DNA of 35,650 bases from Candidatus Aenigmatarchaeota archaeon (GTDB lineage Archaea > Aenigmatarchaeota > Aenigmatarchaeia > CG10238-14 > SpSt-28). Location of the stretch: assembly GCA_049976365.1 (NCBI GenBank), contig JBMFIJ010000003.1, positions 1 through 35,650 of the forward strand. Reading direction: 5' to 3'. Below are positions 7,900 through 16,954 of the stretch, in pieces. Each line of letters opens with the position of its first letter. Position 1 is the first letter of the stretch. The translations under genes and the position numbers were made by a program. The notes beneath the pieces were generated by a model. The model worked only from the letters and a program-made list of their open reading frames with translations, did not search any database and was not told where the DNA came from.

Positions 7900-9522
7900 T
7901 TACACAGAAGTTACATTAATTCTATAAATAGTTTGCCCATAACAACCTTGTAAACATTGCTCTATGGGTTGACCGTTTTCGTAAACTTTTACAAAGTATT
8001 TAGGATTATTAATAAGCATCTCGATGAATTTGCTTGGATAATTGTCTGCATATCCTCTATTTAAAGGATCTATACTATTCTTTTGAATCCAAAGATATTC
8101 AATTTTATTTTCTTTCAAAATTTTTAGTGTGTAATTCAGATCATAACTTAATAAAATATCGGCAAAAGCTGGTCCCATATTTCTATCGCTGCACCAAGCA
8201 CCATTATGTCCCCAAATGGTAGAAATTGTTTCATTAGGCAATGTATTTTCTTTTATCCATTTACAAGCTTCGAAAAAACTCGGATCCCAAGTTTTCACAT
8301 TGTATAAAGTATCTAATCTGTTTCTTACAGTATAAATTGAGAAAACAACAATAGCAAAAATTAAAATATAACCTAAATATTTGTGATATTTATACAAAAA
8401 TTCATAGAGTTCATTATAGAAAAATGCTGAAACAAAAGCAACAAACGAGGCGAATCCCAATGTATATCTTGCAGCATCTTCAGCTCTTCCCTTTCCAATT
8501 TCAGATAACAAAACAATGAAAATAAAAAGTGTTATAAAAATTATTGTTGATATTTTGTCTTTTCTTAGATAAAATAATACTAAGCTTGCTAAGAATGGTA
8601 AAATTGTTAGAAATGTATTTGCATAAGCAAAATCTAAATAATTCATAAAACCAATTGAAAAAGCGGATGCTTCGGTTCCTATTGGAATTGCTTGTCCTAC
8701 AAAATTGTATTTTCCTTGGAATTCTTTTAAGCTGCAATTACTAGTATTAAAAATTTTACCAATTATCGGGATTGAAAAGCAAATTGGAGTTTTATAAACT
8801 AAGATGTTTCTAATTAAATAACCAGAAGGTATTAGAATTAAAAGGAGGAAAGCTGGTAAATACTCTTTAACTGTGTTAAAGTATTTCTTTTCCCTGAAGA
8901 ATTCTAATAAGAAATAAATGAAATAGATTGCGTACAATGTTAAAGCAAACTGATTTGTCAATAAGCCTAAGGAAGCAAAAATTGCAGAAAGAATTAAGAA
9001 TCTTTTGTTTGATTCTTTTATGTAAATTAAGAATGAAAGAAAAGACGAAGTTGTAAAGAAAAGAAGCAAATCGGCATAGTAAAATAAAACAGTATATGTT
9101 ATCACGCTTTGAAAGCTTACTAATAGAATTGAGGCAAAAAATGCCACAATTTCATTACTAATTCGTTTTACCAATACAAAAGTAATCAGTCCTAAGAAAA
9201 AAGTTATTATTAAAGTTAAGATTTTTGCGATTATTTCATTGATGCCAAATATAAAGAAAAATGAAGCTAGCAAGAAATTCCAAAGTGGCGGCCTATAAAA
9301 TCCATCTCTCGATAAAACGCTTCCTTCAAAAGGAATGTATTTTGGGTATTCAAGATTTCTAGCTATATATCTTGCCATGCTTGTATGAAAACCTTCGTCT
9401 CCAAAAGAAATAGGCGTAGATAAAACAACTTTTAATTCATAATAGAAAAATAGAGTTAAAAGAGCGATTAGCAATAAAAGTATTGGCGACTTTATTACTA
9501 TTTCAATTTCTTTCTCTTCCAT
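7900..9522 (-). CDS. GT-C fold glycosyltransferase (ArnT/PMT-like) with STT3-like C-terminal domain
   Basis: Polytopic membrane protein; GDEGFH and YRPPLW in the first loop; C-terminal EACKWIKENT...TIWGHNG. Confidence 0.8.
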   Translation of the reverse strand: MEEKEIEIVIKSPILLLLIALLTLFFYYELKVVLSTPISFGDEGFHTSMARYIARNLEYPKYIPFEGSVLSRDGFYRPPLWNFLLASFFFIFGINEIIAKILTLIITFFLGLITFVLVKRISNEIVAFFASILLVSFQSVITYTVLFYYADLLLFFTTSSFLSFLIYIKESNKRFLILSAIFASLGLLTNQFALTLYAIYFIYFLLEFFREKKYFNTVKEYLPAFLLLILIPSGYLIRNILVYKTPICFSIPIIGKIFNTSNCSLKEFQGKYNFVGQAIPIGTEASAFSIGFMNYLDFAYANTFLTILPFLASLVLFYLRKDKISTIIFITLFIFIVLLSEIGKGRAEDAARYTLGFASFVAFVSAFFYNELYEFLYKYHKYLGYILIFAIVVFSIYTVRNRLDTLYNVKTWDPSFFEACKWIKENTLPNETISTIWGHNGAWCSDRNMGPAFADILLSYDLNYTLKILKENKIEYLWIQKNSIDPLNRGYADNYPSKFIEMLINNPKYFVKVYENGQPIEQCLQGCYGQTIYRINVTSV

Positions 9523-9567
9523 TAAATGTTATTGCAAGATTTAAATTAAAACTTGAATAATTGAATA

Positions 9568-11709
9568 ATGCAAGAACCGCTGAAAAAAATAAAGGAAAAT
9601 GCAGATTTGTTAATCTTATTAGTTATAGTTTATCTGGGGTTTTACATAAGAGCGATAAGTGTACCAAACATAGTAGCTGATTATGATCCATGGTGGTATT
9701 ATAGACATTCTGAAACCGTTTTAAAATATGGTTTAAATGTACCTAAATGGGATATACTAAGCTTTTATCCTCCAGGCAGACCTTATGAGGTTCATTTAGG
9801 AGTAGAATATACTCTAGTATTTTTCTACAGGTTAATTAGCATTTTCATTCATCTAACATTCATGCAATTCTTTATAATAGCACCCGCAATAATTTCTGGC
9901 TTATCGGCAATTCCAGCGTATATAGCAGTTAGATATATAACAAAAAATAAAATAGCAGCTTTGTTTTCGTCTTTTTTTGCTGTTTTAGCTCCTTCTTTCA
10001 TTGGTTATTCTGTAGCTGGCTATATGGATAGTAAAGCTTTTGTAGTTTTCTATTCTTTCCTTTCAATTTTTTCGTTAATGTTTGCTATGAAGAGAAAAGA
10101 TATTATTGGTTATTTAACAGCAATTATTGTTAATTTGCTTTTTATTTGGACTTGGTCAGGGGGAGGATGGTATCCTTTAATAGCATTTCTATTTTTCATT
10201 CCAGCAGTTTTCGTTTTTAGAATATTCGAAGAAATAGTTCATAAGAAAAGTTTGAAAATAAATTTCAAGCCGATAATAGAAGAAACAAAATCCCTTTTTT
10301 TACCATTTCTAATAGTTATGGTTACAATAAATACAATAACTGAACTTTGGCTTAAAGAGAATATTATTAAAGCTATTTTATCTGCCTTAGGTTTTGTTGG
10401 AGTAGCACCTTCTTTGCTTGTGAATGTTTCAGTCGCAGAATTACAAAGCATAAACATTTTTTCTATAGAAGGTTTCTCTAGAGTTGCTAATAGTGTTGGC
10501 TTCTTACCAACAGTTTTAACTTTGTTTGGTTTGCCAGTTTTAATGCTATTTAAAATCTTCAAAAAAGAAAAAATTCCATTCGAAGAAATATTTTTGTTCC
10601 TTTTTGCTTTAGTAACATTCTACATGATTCTACATGGAGTAAGATTTTCTCTAATTTTCTCAGTAGCTACTTCTCTTTCAGCAGGTTATGTCATTGGCAA
10701 TTTTTACAATTATTTGAAATCTTATAAAAATCAATTTCTCCTTGCAATTTTCTTTGGCACAATATTTTACTTTTCTCTTTCCCTTCTCTCAAACGCTTAC
10801 GTTTTTGGAGAACAGTATTCAAGAGGCTATGGCATAGATGAAAATTGGAGAAATGCGTTAGACTGGTTAAAAGAACATGGCAATTCATCAACTCTCGTAG
10901 CAACATGGTGGGATCCTGGACATATAATAGCAGGCTATACTGGTTTAAAAGTTCATGCTGATGGAGCACACTGTGGTCCAACAGCTTGCATACCATATGA
11001 TCACAACATAAGAATTCAAGATATGGGAAGAGTTTTTTCAACTAGCAATGAAGATGAAGCTTACGACATATTAAAAAAGTATACTTACTTAACTAAGGAG
11101 CAATGTGAAGAAGTTAAGAAAAAATATGGTGACATGATTTATGATAACATTTTAAAAGAAAATCCTTGTAGCAATATAACAAAAATATATTTCATTGCTA
11201 GCAATGATTTAATAGGAAAATATTATTGGCTTACCTACTTTTCTAGTTGCATAGAGAAATACGGCGAGCAAGCAGTATCAACATGTGCTCAATCCAATTA
11301 TTGGTGGAAAAATGAAGCTCCAAATTATGCTAGACAATATATTGTTCTACCTTTAACAGGAAGAGATAATTCAGGAAACTTGGTTTATGGCAATGGAATT
11401 TTAACTCTAGCTTTTAAAGATGATAAAATTGTTCCTATTTTAAATGTTCCTCAACAAGGAATTATTAACGCTATTGTTAAAAAATTAGTTTTTGTTTACA
11501 ATGGCAAGCAATATACTTTCGATTATTCCAACGTTACTAACAGTATAGATGGTTTAGTTTATAGTGACGGAACGACAGCTATTTACATGGATCCAAAAAC
11601 AGCGAATTCTATGCTAACTAAACTTTTCTTTTTCAATGGTGAAGGACTAAAATACTTTAAACTTGTTTATTCTAATCCCGAAGTAAAAATCTTTGAAGTA
11701 GATTTCTAG
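9568..11709 (+). CDS. aglB: Oligosaccharyltransferase AglB (STT3)
   Basis: DYDPWWYYR, SVAE, ALDWLK, TWWDPGH and DLIGK motifs; many TM helices. Confidence 0.93.
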   Translation: MQEPLKKIKENADLLILLVIVYLGFYIRAISVPNIVADYDPWWYYRHSETVLKYGLNVPKWDILSFYPPGRPYEVHLGVEYTLVFFYRLISIFIHLTFMQFFIIAPAIISGLSAIPAYIAVRYITKNKIAALFSSFFAVLAPSFIGYSVAGYMDSKAFVVFYSFLSIFSLMFAMKRKDIIGYLTAIIVNLLFIWTWSGGGWYPLIAFLFFIPAVFVFRIFEEIVHKKSLKINFKPIIEETKSLFLPFLIVMVTINTITELWLKENIIKAILSALGFVGVAPSLLVNVSVAELQSINIFSIEGFSRVANSVGFLPTVLTLFGLPVLMLFKIFKKEKIPFEEIFLFLFALVTFYMILHGVRFSLIFSVATSLSAGYVIGNFYNYLKSYKNQFLLAIFFGTIFYFSLSLLSNAYVFGEQYSRGYGIDENWRNALDWLKEHGNSSTLVATWWDPGHIIAGYTGLKVHADGAHCGPTACIPYDHNIRIQDMGRVFSTSNEDEAYDILKKYTYLTKEQCEEVKKKYGDMIYDNILKENPCSNITKIYFIASNDLIGKYYWLTYFSSCIEKYGEQAVSTCAQSNYWWKNEAPNYARQYIVLPLTGRDNSGNLVYGNGILTLAFKDDKIVPILNVPQQGIINAIVKKLVFVYNGKQYTFDYSNVTNSIDGLVYSDGTTAIYMDPKTANSMLTKLFFFNGEGLKYFKLVYSNPEVKIFEVDF

Positions 11710-12993
11710 CTATTTCAATCCATCTTTTGTAATTTTTTCTGCATTTAAGTATGGTTGCAAAACTTTTGGAATTAAAATACTTCCATCTTCTTGTTGATAA
11801 TTTTCCATTATTGCTATTATTGCTCTTTCAGTAGCTACTAAAGTTGAATTTAAAGTATGAACAAATTTTATCTCATTACCTTCTCTAAATCTTATGTTTG
11901 CTCTTCTCGCTTGATAATCTGTACAATTACTACATGAAACCACTTCTCTATATTTTCCTTGACCTGGAAGCCACGCTTCTATATCATATTTTTTAGCTGC
12001 TACACTTCCAATATCTCCACTGCAAATATTAACAACTCTATATGGAATTCCTAAACTTTGAAAGAATTCTTCAGCATTTTTTAGTAATTTTTCATGCCAA
12101 TCCCAACTTTCTTCCGGTTTACAAAAAACGAACTGCTCTACTTTTTCAAATTGATGAACTCTGAATATACCCTTAGTATCTTTTCCATGAGTTCCAGCTT
12201 CTTTTCTGAAGCACGGAGAAATTCCAGCATATAATAAAGGCAAGTCTTTTCCGTCTAAAATTTCATTCATATGGTAGGCAAGTAAAGCATGTTCAGCAGT
12301 TCCGATTAAATAAAGATTTTCTCCTTCAATTTTATATATCATATCTTCAAAATCCTGGAAAGCTATAGCTCCTTCTAATGCTTCTCTTCTTAGCATATAA
12401 GGAGGTTGAAATAATTTAAATCCTTTATTTTTTATAAAATCTAATCCGTATTTAATTAACGCCCAATTTAGCTCTACCAAAGCGTTTTTTAGATAATAAA
12501 ATCTTGATCCAGCAACTTTTGCTGCTCTCTCTATGTCTATTAAATCTAATGGAATAGCTAAATCTTGATGGTCTTTTGGTTTAAATTTAAATTCTGGTAT
12601 TTTACCCCAAGTTTTAACTACTACATTATCATTCTCATCTTTTCCAATAGGTACGCTCTCATGAAGTATATTCGGCAAAACCATTAGAATTTCCCTTATT
12701 CTTCTCTCCTTTTCTTCAACAGCCTTTTCTAGTATTTTAATTTCTTCTGGTAATTTTTCTGCTTCTTTCAAAAGTTCTGAAACGTCTTTACCTTCTTTTT
12801 TCATTTTGGCGATTTCAACGCTTAACTCATTTCTTTTCTTTCTAAGTTTATTAAGTTCGTTCAATTCTTCCCTCCATTTTTTATCTAGCTCTATAACTTC
12901 TTCTAACAATTTTATCTTTTCTTTGTCATTTCTTTTTTCCAGGTCTCTTCTAACAATTTCCGGATTTTTTCTGATTAGATTAATGTCTAACAT
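11710..12993 (-). CDS. serS: Serine--tRNA ligase
   Basis: MLDINLIR, N-terminal coiled coil, LIGTAEH, PCFRKEAG, GIFRVHQFEKVE, EVVSCSNCTDYQARR, HTLNST. Confidence 0.97.
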   Translation of the reverse strand: MLDINLIRKNPEIVRRDLEKRNDKEKIKLLEEVIELDKKWREELNELNKLRKKRNELSVEIAKMKKEGKDVSELLKEAEKLPEEIKILEKAVEEKERRIREILMVLPNILHESVPIGKDENDNVVVKTWGKIPEFKFKPKDHQDLAIPLDLIDIERAAKVAGSRFYYLKNALVELNWALIKYGLDFIKNKGFKLFQPPYMLRREALEGAIAFQDFEDMIYKIEGENLYLIGTAEHALLAYHMNEILDGKDLPLLYAGISPCFRKEAGTHGKDTKGIFRVHQFEKVEQFVFCKPEESWDWHEKLLKNAEEFFQSLGIPYRVVNICSGDIGSVAAKKYDIEAWLPGQGKYREVVSCSNCTDYQARRANIRFREGNEIKFVHTLNSTLVATERAIIAIMENYQQEDGSILIPKVLQPYLNAEKITKDGLK

Positions 12994-13067
12994 CTAAAAA
13001 CACCTCCTTAGAATTTTGAGTAGGAAAATTTTAAAGAAGTCTAAATGGATTGGAGTGGCATCGCCAT
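12991..13067 (-). promoter_or_regulatory. serS 5' leader: SD-sequestering hairpin with upstream ORF (candidate attenuator)
   Basis: acuucuuua (13040-13032) pairs with uaaggaggu (13010-13002); inner stem aaauuuu/aaaauuc; cauuuag pairs with uuagAUG. Confidence 0.65.
13041..13067 (-). CDS. Putative serS leader peptide MAMPLQSI
   Basis: ATG GCG ATG CCA CTC CAA TCC ATT TAG; ATG lies about 21 nt downstream of TATA-like cttaaata (13088-13095), a leaderless-start spacing. Confidence 0.5.
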   Translation of the reverse strand: MAMPLQSI

Positions 13068-13123
13068 ATTTCTTTTTAACTTTAGTATATTTAAGCTTTT
13101 AAAAATAGAAAAAAATAATCAAT

Positions 13124-13336
13124 ATGGCGAGAAAAGTAAAAAAAGAGAGTGCAGAATTTTTGAAATACATTTCTGTCGGAATTTTGATCATAGGTTTATT
13201 AATACTTATAGTAACTGCTTTAACTTGGCAGCCTTATGATCCTTCTCAACTTGCTACCAAAATAAACTTTTTAACACTTTCCTTGGGAATTCTTTACATC
13301 CTTTTCGGTTTTGTTTTGTATAAAATTAAAATCTAA
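13124..13336 (+). CDS. Small two-TM membrane protein
   Basis: Basic N-terminus and two hydrophobic helices; TATA ttttaaaa about 20 nt upstream. Confidence 0.7.
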   Translation: MARKVKKESAEFLKYISVGILIIGLLILIVTALTWQPYDPSQLATKINFLTLSLGILYILFGFVLYKIKI

Positions 13337-13753
13337 CTATTCAACCTTTATTTCTTTTCCTTTCTTCTTTTCCTTTTTCGGCAAGATAACTTCTAGGACT
13401 CCATCCTTCATTTTGGCTTTTGCTTTTTCTGGCTCAACTAATGCGGGCAAACTTAATACTCTTTTAAAAGAACCTACTCTTCTTTCTATTCTATAGAATT
13501 TTTCTCCTTTTTCTTCTCTCTTTTCTTTATGTTCCGCTGAAATTTCTATGCTATTCTCTGTTGCATTTACTGAAACTTCATCCTTAGAAAAACCAGGTAA
13601 ATCAGCTCTTACTATTATTTCATTTTCTGTTTCGCTAATATCAACAGGAAAACTTTCTACCTCACTTTCTAAATTACCAAAAGCGGTTTTCATTAATCTA
13701 TCAATTCTTCTTCTCATTCTGGCCAATTCTTCAAAAATATCCTCCTCAAACAT
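13337..13753 (-). CDS. hsp20: Small heat shock protein Hsp20
   Basis: PVDISETENEIIVRADLPG, ERRVGSFKRVLSLP, AKMKDGVLEV, C-terminal IKVE. Confidence 0.95.
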   Translation of the reverse strand: MFEEDIFEELARMRRRIDRLMKTAFGNLESEVESFPVDISETENEIIVRADLPGFSKDEVSVNATENSIEISAEHKEKREEKGEKFYRIERRVGSFKRVLSLPALVEPEKAKAKMKDGVLEVILPKKEKKKGKEIKVE

Positions 13754-13761
13754 AATAAAAA

Positions 13762-13953
13762 TTAACTTAATTCTTTAATAATTTTTGCATCTTTTATTTT
13801 TCCTTTTCCACCAGAAGGCTCCATCAGAATTTCCCCACAATTCAAACATTTTATTACAGTAGAAGGTTTGTTAAAAATTATTTGCTGATGCTTACACTTT
13901 TTACAAGCTACCAATAAAAACCTGCTTCTTGGCATCTCAATTATTCTTTTCAT
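13762..13953 (-). CDS. rps27e: 30S ribosomal protein S27e
   Basis: PRSRFLLVACKKC...CLNCGEILMEPSGGKGKI. Confidence 0.95.
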   Translation of the reverse strand: MKRIIEMPRSRFLLVACKKCKHQQIIFNKPSTVIKCLNCGEILMEPSGGKGKIKDAKIIKELS

Positions 13954-13983
13954 TAAGAACTATTTGTTTTAGAATTTAAAATT

Positions 13984-14271
13984 TTATTTACCCTTTTCTA
14001 TTAATTCAAATTTTTTTGCTCTCCACCCTTCGATAAAATGAGATTTTTTACAAGTTAAGCAAGTAAGTTTTAGATTGACTTTTTTAGTAGATTTCTCTCT
14101 GTTTCTAGGATTTTCCTTTGGAAAGCTTCCATAACCCTTCATTTTTCTCAAAAATCTTCTTTGACCAATAGCTAAAGTTCTTCTAGGCTTCTTTTTAGCT
14201 AATTCTACCTTATGCTCGGTATGCTTTTTACAATATGGGCAATATGTCCTTATAGTTTTAGGAAACTTCAT
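13984..14271 (-). CDS. rpl44e: 50S ribosomal protein L44e
   Basis: PKTIRTYCPYCKKHTEHKV, GQRRF, KGYGSFP, CLTCKKSH. Confidence 0.96.
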   Translation of the reverse strand: MKFPKTIRTYCPYCKKHTEHKVELAKKKPRRTLAIGQRRFLRKMKGYGSFPKENPRNREKSTKKVNLKLTCLTCKKSHFIEGWRAKKFELIEKGK

Positions 14272-14281
14272 TTACATTCTT

Positions 14282-14812
14282 CTATTTTTCAACTTTAAAT
14301 TCTTCAACTATACCTTTCTCTATAAGAATTTTCCTATTTTCTTCAGGTAGTTTAGCTATATCTCCCTTTTTGAATGGACCATAAACATTACCGTCAATAC
14401 CAACAAAAGATGGAAAATCTTGCTTAAAAACTACTAATATTTCTACTTCTTTCTTTTTTATTTCTTCTTCCTTCAGGCTTTCTAAAATTTTTCTTCTCTC
14501 TTTTATAATGTTAACTATTTTTTCAAAAAACTCTTTTTCATCTTTTGTCAGATTTTGAGGATAGCTTCCTATTCTAGCTGCTATAATTGCGAAGTTTACA
14601 ATTTTTCTTTCTCTCAAGTTAAATATATTTTCAATTACTCTTTCCATATTTCTTACTTCTATTTCGTCTCTTCTTTCTCTAGCGAGCATTTTTTTAGATT
14701 CTAGATATTGCTTAACTGCTGTATAAAAATCGTCAGAAATCTTAGTAAGGTTAGAATTCTTTTTTTCTTCATTCAAAATTTTTTTCAAGTATTCGAAGCT
14801 TATTACTTCCAT
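14282..14812 (-). CDS. DNA replication complex GINS subunit (Gins51/Gins15)
   Basis: LTKISDDFY, LRERKIV, NLTKDEKEFF, FVGIDGNVYGPFKKGDIAKLP; conserved position between primase and L44e. Confidence 0.88.
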   Translation of the reverse strand: MEVISFEYLKKILNEEKKNSNLTKISDDFYTAVKQYLESKKMLARERRDEIEVRNMERVIENIFNLRERKIVNFAIIAARIGSYPQNLTKDEKEFFEKIVNIIKERRKILESLKEEEIKKKEVEILVVFKQDFPSFVGIDGNVYGPFKKGDIAKLPEENRKILIEKGIVEEFKVEK

Positions 14813-14827
14813 ATGGTATTTTATAAG

Positions 14828-16126
14828 TTATCTTTTTCTCTTTTTCTTCTTCATACTTTTTAGCAAGTGGAAAGGATAATTTACAGGATTTTTTATTCCT
14901 AACTTTAAACACTCTTCACAATACTGTTTCAAGCCCATATCATCATAAAAAGATTTATTATCACAATTAGGTGGAAGAAGATTTCTGTCTTGCCTAAAAT
15001 GCCATCTTAGTTGCGTTCTAATATAGTTTGCTCTTAAAGGAGGCTTATTTTTTTCGTTCCATTCCAATATTTTTTTCTCTATTTCTTCCAAGTCCCAATT
15101 CATATTTCTTAAAAATGTAACAAGAATGAAAATTGCTCTCTTTCTACCATCGCTCAATCCTTCTAAAATTTTTTTAATACAAGGAGGGAAAAATTCTTCT
15201 GGAATTTTATCTTTTTTTGTAATTTTTTTTGGAATAGCAATTTTAACCTGAACTTTTTCTTCTACATGATTTTTCTCATACCAATCTAGCGCTTCTATAA
15301 CTAAAGCTGTAGCATCTTCCTTCGAAACAATTTTTATAAAACTTTCTTCTACTTTTGCTTTTTTTATTTCAGCTTGCTCTTTTTCAAAGGAGTCTATTTC
15401 TTCTATTTTTATAGGTAGGCTAACAAGCATCGTATTTTCATTTAGACTATAAGGCATTCTAAAGAGGTGGCGAGAACCAAATACATCAACGTTTATGACT
15501 TTAAATGGATTTAATTCGTTGTTCTCTACTATTTCGCTCAAAGGTTTCCCAATTCTTTGAGAAATATTATTTGGAGTATCTAAAGAGAGCAAGGCTTCTT
15601 TAAGTTGATCTTTAACATACCATTTTAAATATTCTAAAATTTTTTGTTGAAGTTCTGGATATAAGCTTTTAGTCGGTATATTATTAACTTTTTCAGGAAA
15701 TGATTCAAAAGGTACTATAATGTGAAAAGATTTACCACCAGTAAATTTTATTCCAATATTTTTAACATTATGGTCTTTTAGTGCCTCTACAAAATTTTTA
15801 GTTGCTATTTTTGCTATTTCAAAGTCTTTCACATCTAAATCTATAAGCAAATCCCACCCAATTCTTAAATTATCTAACTCTTCTCTTTTCATTCCTACAT
15901 CAAGTTTCATAGGATTTTCCCATCTTTCCACAGAGCAATGAAAGGCAACTGTACCTTCAGCAATAGCTTGTAGTACGTCACCTTCAAAATTTAAAGTATC
16001 TGGTCTTCTACCATAGCTGCCATCAGCAAATACAGAAACAACTTCTCTATTTTTACCAAATTCTAGTATAGCTCTTCTAACTCTTTCTCTAGAATACCAA
16101 TTCCAAACTTGAATAAAATCTACCAT
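14828..16126 (-). CDS. Fused DNA primase PriS-PriL
   Basis: PriS motifs LIDLD, FTGGKSFH and RHLFRMPYSL, then PriL C-terminal domain FPPCI...PPNC...YCEEC...NPVNY in one ORF. Confidence 0.88.
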   Translation of the reverse strand: MVDFIQVWNWYSRERVRRAILEFGKNREVVSVFADGSYGRRPDTLNFEGDVLQAIAEGTVAFHCSVERWENPMKLDVGMKREELDNLRIGWDLLIDLDVKDFEIAKIATKNFVEALKDHNVKNIGIKFTGGKSFHIIVPFESFPEKVNNIPTKSLYPELQQKILEYLKWYVKDQLKEALLSLDTPNNISQRIGKPLSEIVENNELNPFKVINVDVFGSRHLFRMPYSLNENTMLVSLPIKIEEIDSFEKEQAEIKKAKVEESFIKIVSKEDATALVIEALDWYEKNHVEEKVQVKIAIPKKITKKDKIPEEFFPPCIKKILEGLSDGRKRAIFILVTFLRNMNWDLEEIEKKILEWNEKNKPPLRANYIRTQLRWHFRQDRNLLPPNCDNKSFYDDMGLKQYCEECLKLGIKNPVNYPFHLLKSMKKKKRKR

Positions 16127-16136
16127 AATTTTTCAC

Positions 16137-16155
16137 TTGGGTGTTTTGCACCCAA
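16137..16155 (-). promoter_or_regulatory. 7-bp GC-rich hairpin in the primase 5' leader
   Basis: ttgggtg/cacccaa inverted repeat with a 5-nt loop, 10 nt before the ATG. Confidence 0.5.
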
Positions 16156-16201
16156 TTATAAGTTAGAAAAAAACTTTAATACTTTGAATTTAACTTTTTG
16201 A

Positions 16202-16954
16202 ATGAGAGTTATAAGCGTTATTTCTGGAAAAGGTGGAGTTGGAAAAACAACAATAACTGCAAATTTATCAGCGACTTTAACCAAATTTGGTTTTAATGTA
16301 ACAGCAATAGATGCAAATTTAACTACACCAAACCTTGGAATCCACTTTGGCTTACATTTAGCAGATATAACTCTTCATGATATTTTAAAAAATGCAGAGC
16401 TCTTAAAAAAAGGAATTTACATTTATCCAGGAGGATTGAAAGTAATTCCTGGAAGTCTAAAAGTAGAGAATATAATTGACGTTGATACCTCAAACTTAGG
16501 AAAAATAATCTCAAACCTTAACTCAGATTTTGTGTTTATAGATTCGGCTGCAGGTTTAGGTAGAGAAGCTTTAGCTTCTTTAAGCGTTGCTGATGAAATT
16601 TTGGTTGTTACAAATCCAGATATACCATCATTAACTGATGCTCTAAGAGCAATTAAGGTAGCAGAAACTGTTGGTAAGAGCATTAAAGGCATAGTTTTGA
16701 ATAGAGTTGGTAGATCTAGGGACGAATTGAAAAAAGTAGATGTAGAGAGTTTCTTAAGCTATCCAGTAATTGCTCAAGTTCCAGAAGATCCTTGGGTTTT
16801 AAGGTCTATAAATGAAAGAAAACCTTTAATCTTTCTGAATCCAAATTCCAAAGCTGCAATAGAAATACAAAATTTAGCATTTGCTATTATTGGAAGTAAA
16901 TACAGAATAAAGCAAAGTTTTATTGATAAATTATTCTCTTGGATTAGGATTTAG
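16202..16954 (+). CDS. minD: MinD/ParA-family ATPase
   Basis: SGKGGVGKTT deviant Walker A, IDSAAG, VLNR; C-terminal amphipathic helix SFIDKLFSWI. Confidence 0.88.
   Translation: MRVISVISGKGGVGKTTITANLSATLTKFGFNVTAIDANLTTPNLGIHFGLHLADITLHDILKNAELLKKGIYIYPGGLKVIPGSLKVENIIDVDTSNLGKIISNLNSDFVFIDSAAGLGREALASLSVADEILVVTNPDIPSLTDALRAIKVAETVGKSIKGIVLNRVGRSRDELKKVDVESFLSYPVIAQVPEDPWVLRSINERKPLIFLNPNSKAAIEIQNLAFAIIGSKYRIKQSFIDKLFSWIRI

Noticed and set aside
13045-13239. 64-aa + strand ORF
   Set aside because: Overlaps the better two-TM ORF in another frame and crosses the divergent promoter region.
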